IMG/VR virus record: IMGVR_UViG_3300020156_000445
Location: 1 to 53,512 of that record
DNA from: a virus
Taxonomy: Duplodnaviria > Caudoviricetes
Direction: 5' to 3' (one strand)
DNA length: 53,512 nt
Shown: positions 15,935-26,347 of the stretch, piece by piece
Numbering within the stretch: position 1 is the stretch's first letter
Layout: every line of letters begins with the position of its first letter
Program-made: the position numbers and the translations under genes
The notes under the pieces: generated by a model
Databases searched by the model: none
Seen by the model: only the letters and a program-made list of their open reading frames with translations
Told to the model about the DNA's origin: nothing

Positions 15935-17982
15935 CCTGTGAATACGCCAGCGCCCGGGGCATCGCCGCCGACACGCTGTCGGTGCTGCTGCCGCCCGAGC
16001 GCATGACGGTCGCGGCCTTCGCGGAGAAGCACCGCCACCTCGCCAACGAGGGCGGCGGCTACGTCGGCAAGTGGCGCAACGATCAGGTGCCCTACCTGGT
16101 CGAGCCCATGGAGTGCCTGACCTCGCTGGACCACCTGACCGTCGCCGTGGTCGGGCCCGGCCAGTCGGCCAAGACGACGATCGCCGAGAACTGGCTGCTG
16201 CATTCGGTCGCCTCCGACCCCGCCAACCTGCTGTGGTTCATGCAGACCGACCAGTCGCTGGAGGCCTACGTCAAGCAGCGCATCAATCCGATGATCGATG
16301 CGCACGAGGGGATGCGGTCCCGGCTCGGCACCCGCCCGGTCGACGACAGCCTGCACTTCAAGAACTTCCGCACCATGCGGGCGGAATTCCTGCCGGCGAC
16401 GCGCTCCAACCTGATCAACAAGTCGGCGCCGCGCATCGTCGCCGACGAGATCGACGCCTACGGCGAGCTGGGCGACATCAAGGCGCTGCTCGACATCCGC
16501 CGCCAGACCTTCGGCAGGCAATCGAAGATCCTCGCGGTCAGCCACCCCGACAAGGCCCGCGGGCTGAACCCGCTGCGCGACTGGACCGCCGGCATCATGG
16601 CCATGTACGCCGACAGCGACCGGCGCCTCTGGTACTGGCCGTGCCCGCGCTGCGGCGCCTGGTCGTCGCCGGCGCCGATCGCCAAGCGCGTGATGGTGCT
16701 GGACTACCCCGAGGAGGGCACGCTGGACGAGATCGAGGCGGAGGCGCGGCTGCTCTGCCCGGTCGGCGACTGCCGGATCGAGGACGCCCGGCGACGGGAG
16801 ATGAACGCCGCCGGCCGCTGGATCGGCGACGGCCAGACCATCGCCGAGGACGGCACGGTGACCGGCGAGCGGGTGCGGCGCACCACCGCCGGCTTCTGGA
16901 TCACCGGCACCATGAGCCCCTTCGTGCTGGGCGGCATCGGCGCGCTGGCCCGCGCCAGGGCCAAGGCCGAACGGGAACGGGAGATCTCGGGCGAGGACGA
17001 GACGCTGCGCCAAGTGATGGTGAAGCAGTTCTGCATCCCCTACGCGCCGCCGCGCGCGGTCAGCCTGCTGCTGGCCGACGACATCGCCGAGCGCGCCGAC
17101 GTGCGCCTGCGCCTCGGCGAGGTGCCGGAGGGGGTGCGGTTTCTGACCGCCTTCTGGGACGTGCAGATCGCCCACTTCGACGTGGCGGTCCGCGGCTGGG
17201 GGGTGAACGGCGAAAGCTGGGTCATCGACCGCTTCCGGGTGTCCGGCGACCCCGCCACCACGCCGGAGGACTGGGACCAGCTGCTGGACAAGGTCGTGTT
17301 GCGCACCTACCCGCTGGCCGACGGCTCCGGCCGCCGCATGAGGATCCGCGGCACCGGCTACGATTCGCAGGGCGCGCCCGGCGTCAGCCAGCAGGCCACC
17401 GACGCCTGGACGCGCTGGCGCAAGGCCAAGGTGGTGAAGCTCCACGGCCAGATCGCCGGGCGCGACGTCTACTCGGTCATCCCGACCAAGGGCGCCAGCG
17501 GCCTGATGGCGCCCCGGCTGAACGTCACCTACCCGGACACCGCCGGTGGCGGGAAGAAGGGCGGCGGCGCCGGCACGGTGCCGCTGGGGTTGTTCAACCC
17601 GAACTCCTTCAAGGACGACCTCAACGGCCAGCTGCAGAAGGCGGACGGCGGCCCCTGGTCGATCCACTTCCCCGCGGCGTTGCGCGCCAAGGTGCCGCCG
17701 CACCCCTGGTTCGAACAGCTCGTCGCCGAGGTCCGGCTGCCGAACGGCCGCTGGGAGAAGGAAAACCGCTCCGCCCGCAACGAGGCGCTGGACGTCATGG
17801 TGGGCAACCACGTGGTGGCCCACCTGCACGGCCTGTCGCGGATCAACTGGGAGCGGCCGCCGGCCTGGGCGGCGCCGTGGGACACGAACGCGATGGTGAT
17901 CGCCGCCCCCGAGGACGAGGCGGCGCCGGCCGCACCGCCGGCCGCGCCGTCGCGGCCCAACCTTGCCAGCCGCCTGGCCTGA
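15931..17982 (+). CDS. Terminase large subunit, lambda GpA family
   Basis: PYLVEPM, GQSAKT, ADEIDAY, WPCPRCG, DVQ, NEALDVMV. Confidence 0.96.
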   Translation: MTCEYASARGIAADTLSVLLPPERMTVAAFAEKHRHLANEGGGYVGKWRNDQVPYLVEPMECLTSLDHLTVAVVGPGQSAKTTIAENWLLHSVASDPANLLWFMQTDQSLEAYVKQRINPMIDAHEGMRSRLGTRPVDDSLHFKNFRTMRAEFLPATRSNLINKSAPRIVADEIDAYGELGDIKALLDIRRQTFGRQSKILAVSHPDKARGLNPLRDWTAGIMAMYADSDRRLWYWPCPRCGAWSSPAPIAKRVMVLDYPEEGTLDEIEAEARLLCPVGDCRIEDARRREMNAAGRWIGDGQTIAEDGTVTGERVRRTTAGFWITGTMSPFVLGGIGALARARAKAEREREISGEDETLRQVMVKQFCIPYAPPRAVSLLLADDIAERADVRLRLGEVPEGVRFLTAFWDVQIAHFDVAVRGWGVNGESWVIDRFRVSGDPATTPEDWDQLLDKVVLRTYPLADGSGRRMRIRGTGYDSQGAPGVSQQATDAWTRWRKAKVVKLHGQIAGRDVYSVIPTKGASGLMAPRLNVTYPDTAGGGKKGGGAGTVPLGLFNPNSFKDDLNGQLQKADGGPWSIHFPAALRAKVPPHPWFEQLVAEVRLPNGRWEKENRSARNEALDVMVGNHVVAHLHGLSRINWERPPAWAAPWDTNAMVIAAPEDEAAPAAPPAAPSRPNLASRLA

Positions 17983-17989
17983 GAGGTCG

Positions 17990-18253
17990 ATGATGAACGA
18001 ACTGGACACCGGCATTCTCGCCGGGATGGCGCCGGCCGACCTGCGGGCGGCCCTCGCCGCCCTGCAGAAGGCGCTGCTCGATCTCACCCTCGGCGTGAAG
18101 GAGGTGAGCGTCAGCTACACGCAGGGCGACGGGTCGCGCTCGGTCACCTTCACGCCGACCGACACGGCGAAGATCACCGCCCTGATCCAGACCATACAGG
18201 CGCAGCTCGGCATCGCCTCCGGCCGCCGCGCCATGACCTTCCGGTTCCGCTGA
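17990..18253 (+). CDS. gpW-like head-tail joining protein
   Basis: Between TerL and portal; VSYTQGDGSRSVTF. Confidence 0.85.
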   Translation: MMNELDTGILAGMAPADLRAALAALQKALLDLTLGVKEVSVSYTQGDGSRSVTFTPTDTAKITALIQTIQAQLGIASGRRAMTFRFR

Positions 18254-19887
18254 TGAGCGCCGTCACCCTTTACGGCCCGGACGGCCGGACACCGCTGCGG
18301 GCGGAACCCAGCCGCGCCGCCCTGCTGGCCGGCGGGGGCAACACCCCCTACGACGCGGCCGACGTCCAGGGCCAGCACATGGAGGGGTGGCGCCCGTTCC
18401 TGTGGGCGCCGGATGCGGTCAACATGTACCGCGACCGCATCGTGTCGCGGGTGCGGGACCTGGCGGCGAACGACGGCTGGGCGTCCGGCGCCATCACGCG
18501 GATCCTCGACAACGCCATCGGCGCCAGCTTCCGGCCGATTTCCAAGCCGGACTACCGGGCGCTGGCCATGCACTCGGGCAACACGGGATTCGACAGCACC
18601 TGGGCGGACGAGTTCGGCCGCGCCGTCGAGGCGTGCTGGCGCACCTGGGCCAACGACCCCGGCCGCTATTGCGACGCCGGGCGCCGGCTGACCGTGTCGC
18701 AGATGCTGCGGCTGGCGTTCCGCCACAAGCTGGTGGACGGCGACGCGCTGGCGGTCCTGCTGTGGTTGACCGAACGGCTCGGGCCGGGGCGCGCCCGCTA
18801 CGCCACCACGGTGCAGCTGGTGGATCCCGACCGCCTGTCGAACCCGCAGCAGCAGTTCGACCAGCAGATCATGCGCGGGGGCGTCGAGATCGACCGGCAC
18901 GGCGCCGCGGTGGCCTACCACATTCGCAAGGCGCACCAGGGCGACTGGTTCGCCGCCGCCGATTCCGTGACCTGGGAGCGCATCCCGCGCGAGACCGCCT
19001 GGGGCCGCCCGGTGGTGGTGCACGACTTCGACGCGGAACGCGCCGATCAGCACCGCGGCGGCACCGGCGTGCTGACGCCGGTCGTGCAGCGCCTGAAGAT
19101 GCTGATCAACTACGACGGCAAGGAACTGGACGCGGCGATCATCAACGCGCTCTTCGGCGCCTACGTCGAGTCGCCGTTCGACCACACGTTGGTTCAGGCC
19201 GCGCTGAGCGGCGACGAGGGAATCGGTCCCTACCAGGAGCAGCGCACGGACTTCCACAAGAGCCGTCGCACGGAGCTGAACGGCGCGCGGCTGCCGATCC
19301 TGTTCCCCGGCGAGAGCATCAAAACCGTCTCCGCGGCGCGCCCGACCAGCAACTTCGCCGCCTTCGAGGCGGCCATGCTGCGCAACGCGGCGGCCGGCAT
19401 CGGCATCAGCGCCCAGCAGCTCAGCAACGACTGGTCGGACGTCAACTACAGCTCGGCGCGCGCCGCGCTGCTGGAGGCCTGGAAGACGCTGACCCGCCGG
19501 CGCGCCGACTTCGCCGCCGGCTTCGCCTCGCCGGTGTTCGGCGCCTTCCTCGAGGAGGCGATGGAGGTCGAGGACCTGCCCATGCCGTCGGGCGTGGTGC
19601 CCGAGTTCATCGAGTGCCGCGGCGCCTACAGCCACTGCCGGTGGATGGGGCCCGGGCGCGGCTGGGTGGACCCGGTGGCGGAAAAGCAGGGCGCCGTGCT
19701 CGGCATGGACGCCGCGCTCTCCACGCTCGAGGAGGAATGCGCCGAGCAGGGCCTGGATTGGGAGGACGTCCTGGACCAGCGCGAGCGCGAGGTCAGGGCC
19801 TTCGAGGCCCGCGGCCTCGCCGTCCCGTCCTGGGCGGCCATGAACATCCCGGCCGGACAGGCGGCCAAGACGCCGGAGGCGGTATGA
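18253..19887 (+). CDS. Portal protein, lambda family
   Basis: RVRDLAANDG, GVEID..AVAYHI, DWSDVNYSSARAALLE, WVDPVAE. Confidence 0.96.
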   Translation: MSAVTLYGPDGRTPLRAEPSRAALLAGGGNTPYDAADVQGQHMEGWRPFLWAPDAVNMYRDRIVSRVRDLAANDGWASGAITRILDNAIGASFRPISKPDYRALAMHSGNTGFDSTWADEFGRAVEACWRTWANDPGRYCDAGRRLTVSQMLRLAFRHKLVDGDALAVLLWLTERLGPGRARYATTVQLVDPDRLSNPQQQFDQQIMRGGVEIDRHGAAVAYHIRKAHQGDWFAAADSVTWERIPRETAWGRPVVVHDFDAERADQHRGGTGVLTPVVQRLKMLINYDGKELDAAIINALFGAYVESPFDHTLVQAALSGDEGIGPYQEQRTDFHKSRRTELNGARLPILFPGESIKTVSAARPTSNFAAFEAAMLRNAAAGIGISAQQLSNDWSDVNYSSARAALLEAWKTLTRRRADFAAGFASPVFGAFLEEAMEVEDLPMPSGVVPEFIECRGAYSHCRWMGPGRGWVDPVAEKQGAVLGMDAALSTLEEECAEQGLDWEDVLDQREREVRAFEARGLAVPSWAAMNIPAGQAAKTPEAV

Positions 19888-20699
19888 GCGAAATGTTCGA
19901 AATGGCGCGGCGGTTCGCAAACCAGCCGCTCGCCCTGCGGCGTGACGAGGCCGACGTGCTGGCGGCCGTCCTGCGCGGCCAGTGCCCCCAGCCGGAAGCG
20001 TTGGTCTTTGGGCGCAGCCAGGAGCGGGAGCGCCAGTACGGCCTGATCGAGGGAGTGGCGATCATTCCGGTGCGGGGCATCCTGTTCCCCGGCGACTGGG
20101 GCTGGTCCTGGGCCACCGGCTACGACTGGATCCGGCGCGGCGTGCTCACCGCCGTGGCCGATCCCGAGGTCAAGGCCATCGTGCTGGACATCGACAGCCC
20201 CGGCGGCGTGGTCAACGGCTGCTTCGATCTGGCGGACGCGATCCACGCGGCCCGCGGGGCGAAGCCGATCTGGTCGATCCTGTCCGAGAACGCCTATTCC
20301 GCCGCCTACGCCATCGCGTCGGCCGCCGACCGCATCACGGTCCCGCGCACCGGCGGCACCGGCTCCATCGGCGTGATCTGGATGCATGTCGATTGGTCCG
20401 CGCTGCTGGAGAAGCATGGGCTGAAGGTGACGTTCATCACCTACGGCGACCGCAAGGCCGACGGGCATCCCGAGCTGCCGCTGGCCAAGGAGGCGCGCGA
20501 GCGCTTCCAGGCGGACATCGACACCATGGGCGACCTGTTCGTCGGGACGGTCGCCCGCAACCGGAACATCCCGGCCACCAAGGTCCGGGGTACCCAGGCC
20601 GCAACCTTCCTCGGGGACGCGGGCGTCGCGCTCGGCCTCGCGGATGCGGTGATGGCGCCCGACGCCGCATTCCTGGCCCTGCTCGACCAGCTGGGCTGA
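19884..20699 (+). CDS. S49 family prohead protease
   Basis: LDIDSPGG, AYSAAYAIAS, GSIGV. Confidence 0.93.
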   Translation: MSEMFEMARRFANQPLALRRDEADVLAAVLRGQCPQPEALVFGRSQERERQYGLIEGVAIIPVRGILFPGDWGWSWATGYDWIRRGVLTAVADPEVKAIVLDIDSPGGVVNGCFDLADAIHAARGAKPIWSILSENAYSAAYAIASAADRITVPRTGGTGSIGVIWMHVDWSALLEKHGLKVTFITYGDRKADGHPELPLAKEARERFQADIDTMGDLFVGTVARNRNIPATKVRGTQAATFLGDAGVALGLADAVMAPDAAFLALLDQLG

Positions 20700-20724
20700 C
20701 CTTTCGCACAATCCGGAGAGCACC

Positions 20725-21324
20725 ATGAAGCACTCGCCATTCGCGGGCGCGGCGTCGTTCGCGCACCTGATCGGCCTCCGCCCGCGCGCCAAGACGGCCG
20801 AGGACGAGGACAACAAGCCCGACACCAAGAAGGGCAAGAAGGCCGAGGAGGAGCAGGAAGACTCCAAGGCCAAGGACGACGACAAGAAGGAGGAGGAGGC
20901 CGAGGACGAGGACGACGCGGCCGCCGAGCAGGACGACGAGGAAAAGACCGAGGACGAGGAGGACGACACGACGGCCAAGGGGTCCAAGCCCAAGGGCAGG
21001 ACCTACGCCGACGGCCGCGCCGCCGAGCGCAAGCGCTGCGCCGCCATCTTCGCGGCCCCGGAGGCCGCCGGGCAGCCGCACGTCGCCGCCCGCCTCGCCT
21101 TCACCACCAACCTGTCGGCCAAGGAGGCCATCGGCGTCCTGGCCGAGACCGCCAGCAGCGCGCCGCAGGGCAAGCGCGGCCTGGGCGACCGCATGGCCAC
21201 CGTGCCCAACCCGAACCCCGGCGCCGACGGCGGCAGCGCGCCGGAGAAGGGCAGCGCCGCCGAAACCATCGCCCGCATGACGGCCGTCTACGACCGCGCC
21301 ACCGGCGCCTCGGGCAAGAAGTAA
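20725..21324 (+). CDS. Acidic scaffolding-like head protein
   Basis: D/E-rich stretch then GRAAERKRCAAI; between protease and decoration protein. Confidence 0.7.
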   Translation: MKHSPFAGAASFAHLIGLRPRAKTAEDEDNKPDTKKGKKAEEEQEDSKAKDDDKKEEEAEDEDDAAAEQDDEEKTEDEEDDTTAKGSKPKGRTYADGRAAERKRCAAIFAAPEAAGQPHVAARLAFTTNLSAKEAIGVLAETASSAPQGKRGLGDRMATVPNPNPGADGGSAPEKGSAAETIARMTAVYDRATGASGKK

Positions 21325-21334
21325 GGAGCCTCCG

Positions 21335-21739
21335 ATGACGACCTACAGCAGCTCGCCCTTCGCGCCGGGCGCCGTGTCCGACGCGTTCGTTCCCGACCAG
21401 CTCATCGCCGGCCCGCTCCAGCTGGTCACCGACACGGTGACGCTGATCAGCGGGCAGACCCTGACGCGCGGCGCCGTGCTCGGCAAGATCACCGCCTCGG
21501 GCAAGTACACGCTCTCGCTGGCGGCCGCCACCGACGGCAGCGAGGTCCCGTCGGTGATCCTCGCCGACGATGTGGATGCCAGCGGTGGCGACAAGCTGGC
21601 CGGCGTCTATCTGGCCGGCGAGTTTAACGCCGGCGCCATGACGTTCGGCACCGGCCACACGGCGGCGAGCACCAAGGACGCCCTGCGTGACGCCGGCATC
21701 CACCTCAAGTCGGCCGTCCCGGCCGCCGACCCCACCTGA
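21335..21739 (+). CDS. Head decoration protein (lambda gpD-like)
   Basis: PDQLIAG, GAVLGKITASGKY, GEFN. Confidence 0.9.
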   Translation: MTTYSSSPFAPGAVSDAFVPDQLIAGPLQLVTDTVTLISGQTLTRGAVLGKITASGKYTLSLAAATDGSEVPSVILADDVDASGGDKLAGVYLAGEFNAGAMTFGTGHTAASTKDALRDAGIHLKSAVPAADPT

Positions 21740-21753
21740 CGGGAGACAGCACC

Positions 21754-22803
21754 ATGGATATGTTTGCGACGGCCGTCCTCGTCGGGGTCGTGCCCAACCT
21801 CAAGCTGGCGCAGAACTGGCTGCTGGACCGGTTCTTCCCGAACATCGTCACCAGCGACAGCGAGTTCGTCGCCATCGACGTGGACGTCGGCAAGCGCCGC
21901 ATGTCGCCCTTCGTGTCGCCCCTGGTCGAGGGCAAGCTGGTCGAGGGCCGCCGGTACCAGACCAACCAGTTCAAGCCGGCGTACATCAAGGACAAGCGCG
22001 CCCCCGACCTGCGCCGTCCGGTCCGCCGCACGATCGGCGAGCGCATCGGCGGCGAGCTGACCGGCGCCGAGCGCGAGATGGCCAACCTCCAGTTCGAGAT
22101 GGCCGACCAGATCGACATGCTGAACCGCCGCCTGGAGTGGATGGCCTCCTCGGCGCTGACCACCGGCACGGTCACCATCCAGGGCGACGGGTTCCCGACG
22201 ACGGTGGTGGACTTCGGCCGTGATCCGGCGCTCACCGTGGCGCTGTCCGGTGGCCTCCAGTGGACCGCCGCCAACATCGGGACGGTCAACAGCCCGGGCG
22301 CGGTGTCGCCGACGCGCGACCTCGACAACTGGGCCGTGCTGGTGCTGCAGAAGTCGGGCGCGGTGGTCACCGACGTGGTGTTCACCAACGCCTCCTGGCA
22401 AGCCTTCCTGCTGGATCCGGTGCTGCGGCTGGCCAACTGGTTCCCGGGCGCCGGCGGCCAGGGCAACAGCGTGCAGCTCGGCACCGAGGTCAAGCGCGGC
22501 GCCGTCTTCAAGGGCGTGTGGGGCCAGTACAACCTGTGGCTCTACAACGACTGGTACGTGGACGAGAACAACGTCGAGCAGCCGATGCTGGCCGACGGCT
22601 CGGTCATCCTCTCGGGTCCGGACCTGATGGGCACCCGCGCGTTCGGCATGATCCTGGACCCCGACTTCAACTACGGCCCGCTGCCGTACGCGCCGAAGAC
22701 CTGGGTGCAGAAGGACCCGGCGCAGCGCCTGCTGATGATGCAGTCGGCGCCGATCGTCATCCCCAGCCGCGCCAACGCGGCGTTCTGCGCGAAGGTGAAG
22801 TGA
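21754..22803 (+). CDS. Major capsid protein, lambda gpE family
   Basis: LLDRFFP, MSPFVSP, FKPAYIK, RRLEWMA, MQSAP. Confidence 0.96.
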   Translation: MDMFATAVLVGVVPNLKLAQNWLLDRFFPNIVTSDSEFVAIDVDVGKRRMSPFVSPLVEGKLVEGRRYQTNQFKPAYIKDKRAPDLRRPVRRTIGERIGGELTGAEREMANLQFEMADQIDMLNRRLEWMASSALTTGTVTIQGDGFPTTVVDFGRDPALTVALSGGLQWTAANIGTVNSPGAVSPTRDLDNWAVLVLQKSGAVVTDVVFTNASWQAFLLDPVLRLANWFPGAGGQGNSVQLGTEVKRGAVFKGVWGQYNLWLYNDWYVDENNVEQPMLADGSVILSGPDLMGTRAFGMILDPDFNYGPLPYAPKTWVQKDPAQRLLMMQSAPIVIPSRANAAFCAKVK

Positions 22804-22804
22804 C

Positions 22805-23041
22805 ATGGCCGATCCCACCAAGCCGGCGACCCCGAAGGCCGCCACCCCGGCCCTCGTCTCCGTCACCGTGGCGAAGGGCCGTACCGTCCACCTCCCGAAC
22901 CCCGACGATCCGGAGGCGCCCGTCACGGCCTACGGCCCCGGCAGCACGCTGAAGGTCGACGCGGCCGAGGCCAAGCGGCTGCGGGACCTCGGCTTCGCCG
23001 AGCCCGAGCCGGCCAAGCCCGCCGAGAAGGTCGAGGAGTAA
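22805..23041 (+). CDS. Small head-associated protein
   Basis: Follows MCP; AEAKRLRDLGF. Confidence 0.7.
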   Translation: MADPTKPATPKAATPALVSVTVAKGRTVHLPNPDDPEAPVTAYGPGSTLKVDAAEAKRLRDLGFAEPEPAKPAEKVEE

Positions 23042-23044
23042 ACC

Positions 23045-23371
23045 ATGGCCGTGGACTGGGACGCGCTGGTGCACGGCTCCGTCGAGCGCGCCTTCGGCGA
23101 GCCGGTGCTCTACGCACCGGCCGCCGGGGCGCCATTCACGATTTCCGGCGTCTTCGACGAGGCCTACGGCCAGGTGGAAATCGTGGAGGGCGCCCCGGTG
23201 TCCTCGGTGGTGCCGGTGCTGGGCGTGCGCCTGTCCGCGTTCGGCGCGACGCCGCCAGACACCGGCGACCGGCTGACGATCTCCCGCACGGGCACCGTCT
23301 ACGCGGTGTCGAACGTGAAGCCCGACGGCCACGGCTGGGCGCAACTCTCGCTGAACTGGGTGTCCGGATGA
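23045..23371 (+). CDS. Head-tail joining protein
   Basis: FGEPVLY, GVFD, GDRLTI..PDGHGW. Confidence 0.8.
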   Translation: MAVDWDALVHGSVERAFGEPVLYAPAAGAPFTISGVFDEAYGQVEIVEGAPVSSVVPVLGVRLSAFGATPPDTGDRLTISRTGTVYAVSNVKPDGHGWAQLSLNWVSG

Positions 23372-23973
23372 CCGAGCTGTATTCCGAGACCCTGCGCGGC
23401 CTCTTCATCGCCGCGCTGAAGGGCAGGACGCTGGCGGGCCAACGCGTGTTTGCGCCGCGCGACTGGCCGGTGCAGGCCAAGGAGATGCCGGCCATCCTGG
23501 TGGACGATCAGCGCGAGCAGAGCGAGAGCCGCGGCAACGCCGGCTTTCCGGCCTTCCACACCATCGCCTTCCTGGTGGTGGACGGCCGGGTGGAGCAGGA
23601 CACCGAGGAGAAGGCCAAGGCGGACCTGTCGACGCTGCGCGCGCAGATCAAGGCCGCCATCCTGACCAGCCACGAGATCATCGTCGGCGTCGAGCAGATC
23701 GTCGCCATCCGCACCGAAGCCCGCGTTTCCGCCGAAACGAAGAAGCACGTGGGCGAGCTGCGCATGGAGTTCGCCGTGCGCTACCCCGAAGACTTCGAGC
23801 CCGTCATCACCGACACGCTGGAGGGCATCGACGTGCACGCCGACCTGGCCGGGCCGTTCGATCCCACCGGCATCTATCCGGACCCCGCCTTTCCCGAGGC
23901 GGTGCAACCGGCCCCCCGCACCTCCGGGCCCGATGGCCGCGACGAGGGCGGGATTTCCGTCAACCTGACCTGA
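23368..23973 (+). CDS. Tail completion/terminator-like protein
   Basis: TLAGQRVFAPRDWP; located before sheath. Confidence 0.7.
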   Translation: MTELYSETLRGLFIAALKGRTLAGQRVFAPRDWPVQAKEMPAILVDDQREQSESRGNAGFPAFHTIAFLVVDGRVEQDTEEKAKADLSTLRAQIKAAILTSHEIIVGVEQIVAIRTEARVSAETKKHVGELRMEFAVRYPEDFEPVITDTLEGIDVHADLAGPFDPTGIYPDPAFPEAVQPAPRTSGPDGRDEGGISVNLT

Positions 23974-23987
23974 TCCGAGGAGCACCC

Positions 23988-24191
23988 ATGTTCGTGCGAC
24001 CCGCGCCCGATCCGGGCGACCCGGGCAAGCGGCTGCGCGTCCGCGACCCCGACCTGAAGGATTTCCTGCCCGACGAGGGCCGCGAGGTGCCGGAGACGCC
24101 CCACTGGCACCGGTTGCTGCACGTCTACCGCGACGTGGAGCGGGTCGATCCGCCGAAGGCCAAGGCCGTCACCAAGAGCGCGGAGGCGTAA
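23988..24191 (+). CDS. DUF2635-like small tail protein (Mu gp38-like)
   Basis: MFVRPA..VRDP..LPDEGREVP..WHR. Confidence 0.8.
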   Translation: MFVRPAPDPGDPGKRLRVRDPDLKDFLPDEGREVPETPHWHRLLHVYRDVERVDPPKAKAVTKSAEA

Positions 24192-25667
24192 ATGATCCCG
24201 TTCAAGACCATCCCCGCGAACCTGCGCGTCCCGCTGTTCTACGCCGAGGTGGACAACAGCCGGGCGAACTCGGGCGCGCAGACGATGCGCACGCTGATCG
24301 TCGGCCAGATCACCACCGCCGGCACCGCCACGCCGAACGTCCCGGTGATCAGCCAGGGCGCGGCCGACGCCGTGACGGCCGGCGGCCCCGGCTCCATGCT
24401 GGCGCTGATGACCGCGGCCTACCGCAAGGCGGACACCTTCGGCGAAGTCTGGTACCTGCCGCTGGCCGATGCCGAGGCCGCCGTGGCGGCTACCGGCACC
24501 GTGGCGCTGACCGGCACCGCGACCGCCAACGGCGTGGTGTCGCTCTACGTCGGCGGCGTGCTGGTCTCCCAGGCCGTCACCAGCGGGCAGGTCGCCGCCA
24601 CGGTCGCCACGGCTCTGGCCGCCACCGTCAACGCCCTCATCGACCTGCCGGTGACCGCCGCCGCCGCCGCGGGCACGGTGACGTTCACGGCGAAGAACAA
24701 GGGGCCGGGCGGCAACGAGATCGACCTGCGGCTCAACCACCGGGGCGCTGCCGGCGGCGAGGCGCTGCCGGCGGGCCTTGCCGCCACCATCACCGCCATG
24801 GCGGCCGGCGCCACGCCGCCGGACCTGACGGCGGCCTTCGCCAGCCTGGGCGACATGCCGTTCGACTTCATCGTGCTCCCCTACACGGACACCGCCAGCC
24901 TCGATGCCGCGAAGCTGCTGCTGAACGACGTCTCCGGCCGCTGGTCGTGGTCGCAGCAGATCTACGGGCACGTCTTCGCGGCCAAGCGGGGCACGCTCAG
25001 CGCCCTGACGACGTTCGGCGCCGCGCGCAACGACCAGCACGCCTCGGTGCTCGGCTTCCATGACAGCCCGACGCCGGCCTGGATCGTCGCCGCCGACTTC
25101 GCCGGCACCGCGGCGGTCAGCCTGCGCGCCGACCCCGGCACGCCGCTCCAGACGCTGGCGCTGTCCAGCACGCTGGCGCCGCCGATCGGCAGCCGGTTCG
25201 CCATCACCGACCGCAACGTGCTGCTCTGGGACGGCATCAGCACCTTCGTGGTGTCCGACGACGGCACGTGCCGTCTGGAGAACGTCATCACGACCTACCA
25301 GAAGAACGCCTTCGGCGCCGACGACGACAGCTACCTGCAGGTCGAGACGCTGTTCCTGCTGGCCTTCATCCTGCGCCGCATGAAGGCGGTGATCACCTCG
25401 AAGTACGCCCGCGTCAAGCTGGCCGACAACGGCACGCGCGTCGGCCCCGGCGCCAACGTGGTGACGCCCAACATCATCAAGGCCGACCTCATCGCCGCCT
25501 ACCGCGAGCTGGAGGCCGAAGGCCACGTGCAGAACGGCGAGGCCTTCAAGCAGGCGATCATCGTCGAGAAGAACCGCCAGAACCCGAACCGGGTGGACGT
25601 GCTGTGGCCCGGCACCCTGATCAACCAGCTGCGCATCTTCGCGCTGCTGGCCCAGTTCCGTCTCTGA
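24192..25667 (+). CDS. Tail sheath protein (Mu gpL family)
   Basis: IPANLRVPLFYAEVDNS, ITTYQKN, NPNRVDVL..LINQLRIFA. Confidence 0.96.
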   Translation: MIPFKTIPANLRVPLFYAEVDNSRANSGAQTMRTLIVGQITTAGTATPNVPVISQGAADAVTAGGPGSMLALMTAAYRKADTFGEVWYLPLADAEAAVAATGTVALTGTATANGVVSLYVGGVLVSQAVTSGQVAATVATALAATVNALIDLPVTAAAAAGTVTFTAKNKGPGGNEIDLRLNHRGAAGGEALPAGLAATITAMAAGATPPDLTAAFASLGDMPFDFIVLPYTDTASLDAAKLLLNDVSGRWSWSQQIYGHVFAAKRGTLSALTTFGAARNDQHASVLGFHDSPTPAWIVAADFAGTAAVSLRADPGTPLQTLALSSTLAPPIGSRFAITDRNVLLWDGISTFVVSDDGTCRLENVITTYQKNAFGADDDSYLQVETLFLLAFILRRMKAVITSKYARVKLADNGTRVGPGANVVTPNIIKADLIAAYRELEAEGHVQNGEAFKQAIIVEKNRQNPNRVDVLWPGTLINQLRIFALLAQFRL

Positions 25668-25682
25668 GAGGAGGGCCGTTCC

Positions 25683-26051
25683 ATGGCCGACACCAGCCGC
25701 CGGCTGTCCGGCGTCGCCTACTTCACCGTCGACGGCACCAGCTACATGCTGGCCGGCGACTTCTCCTACTCGCCGTCGCAGGTCAAGCGCGAGACCATCT
25801 CGGGCATGGACGGCGTGCACGGCTACAAGGAGACGCCGATTCCCGGCTTCATCCAGGCCACGCTGCGCGATGCCGGCGGGCTGAGCGTCGCCGCCTTCAA
25901 CGCGATGACCAACGCCACCGTCACCATCGAGCTGGCCAACGGCAAGATCGTGACCGCACGCAACGCCTGGACGGTGGACAGCCAGGAGGTCAAGGGGGCC
26001 GAGGCCACCTTCGACGTCCGCTTCGAATCCGCCCTGGTCGAGGAGGCCTGA
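25683..26051 (+). CDS. Tail tube protein (Mu gpM family)
   Basis: RETISGMDGVHGYKETP, ELANGK. Confidence 0.92.
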   Translation: MADTSRRLSGVAYFTVDGTSYMLAGDFSYSPSQVKRETISGMDGVHGYKETPIPGFIQATLRDAGGLSVAAFNAMTNATVTIELANGKIVTARNAWTVDSQEVKGAEATFDVRFESALVEEA

Positions 26052-26053
26052 TC

Positions 26054-26347
26054 ATGGATCACCCTGAACAGATGACGCTGGAACTGAGCAAGCCGGTGAC
26101 GCTTGGCTCCGAGACGTACAGCGTCCTGGAACTGCGCGAGCCCACCGTGGGCGAGGTGGAGAAAGCGCAGCGCGCCCAGCGCGGCGCCGACGGCTCCGCC
26201 ACCGCGAGCGACATCGTCCTGGTGTCCCTGGTGTCCGGCGTGCCGAAGCCGGCCGTCGAGAAGATCGTCTACCGCGACTTCCGCAAGGCGGTGGAGTACC
26301 TCGCGGTTTTTCTGGAGGGTGGCCCGGCAACTGGCGCGACGTCCTAG
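26054..26347 (+). CDS. Tail assembly chaperone (gpE/gp41-like)
   Basis: AGGAGG RBS; LSKPV..LELREPTVG; between tube and tape measure. Confidence 0.88.
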   Translation: MDHPEQMTLELSKPVTLGSETYSVLELREPTVGEVEKAQRAQRGADGSATASDIVLVSLVSGVPKPAVEKIVYRDFRKAVEYLAVFLEGGPATGATS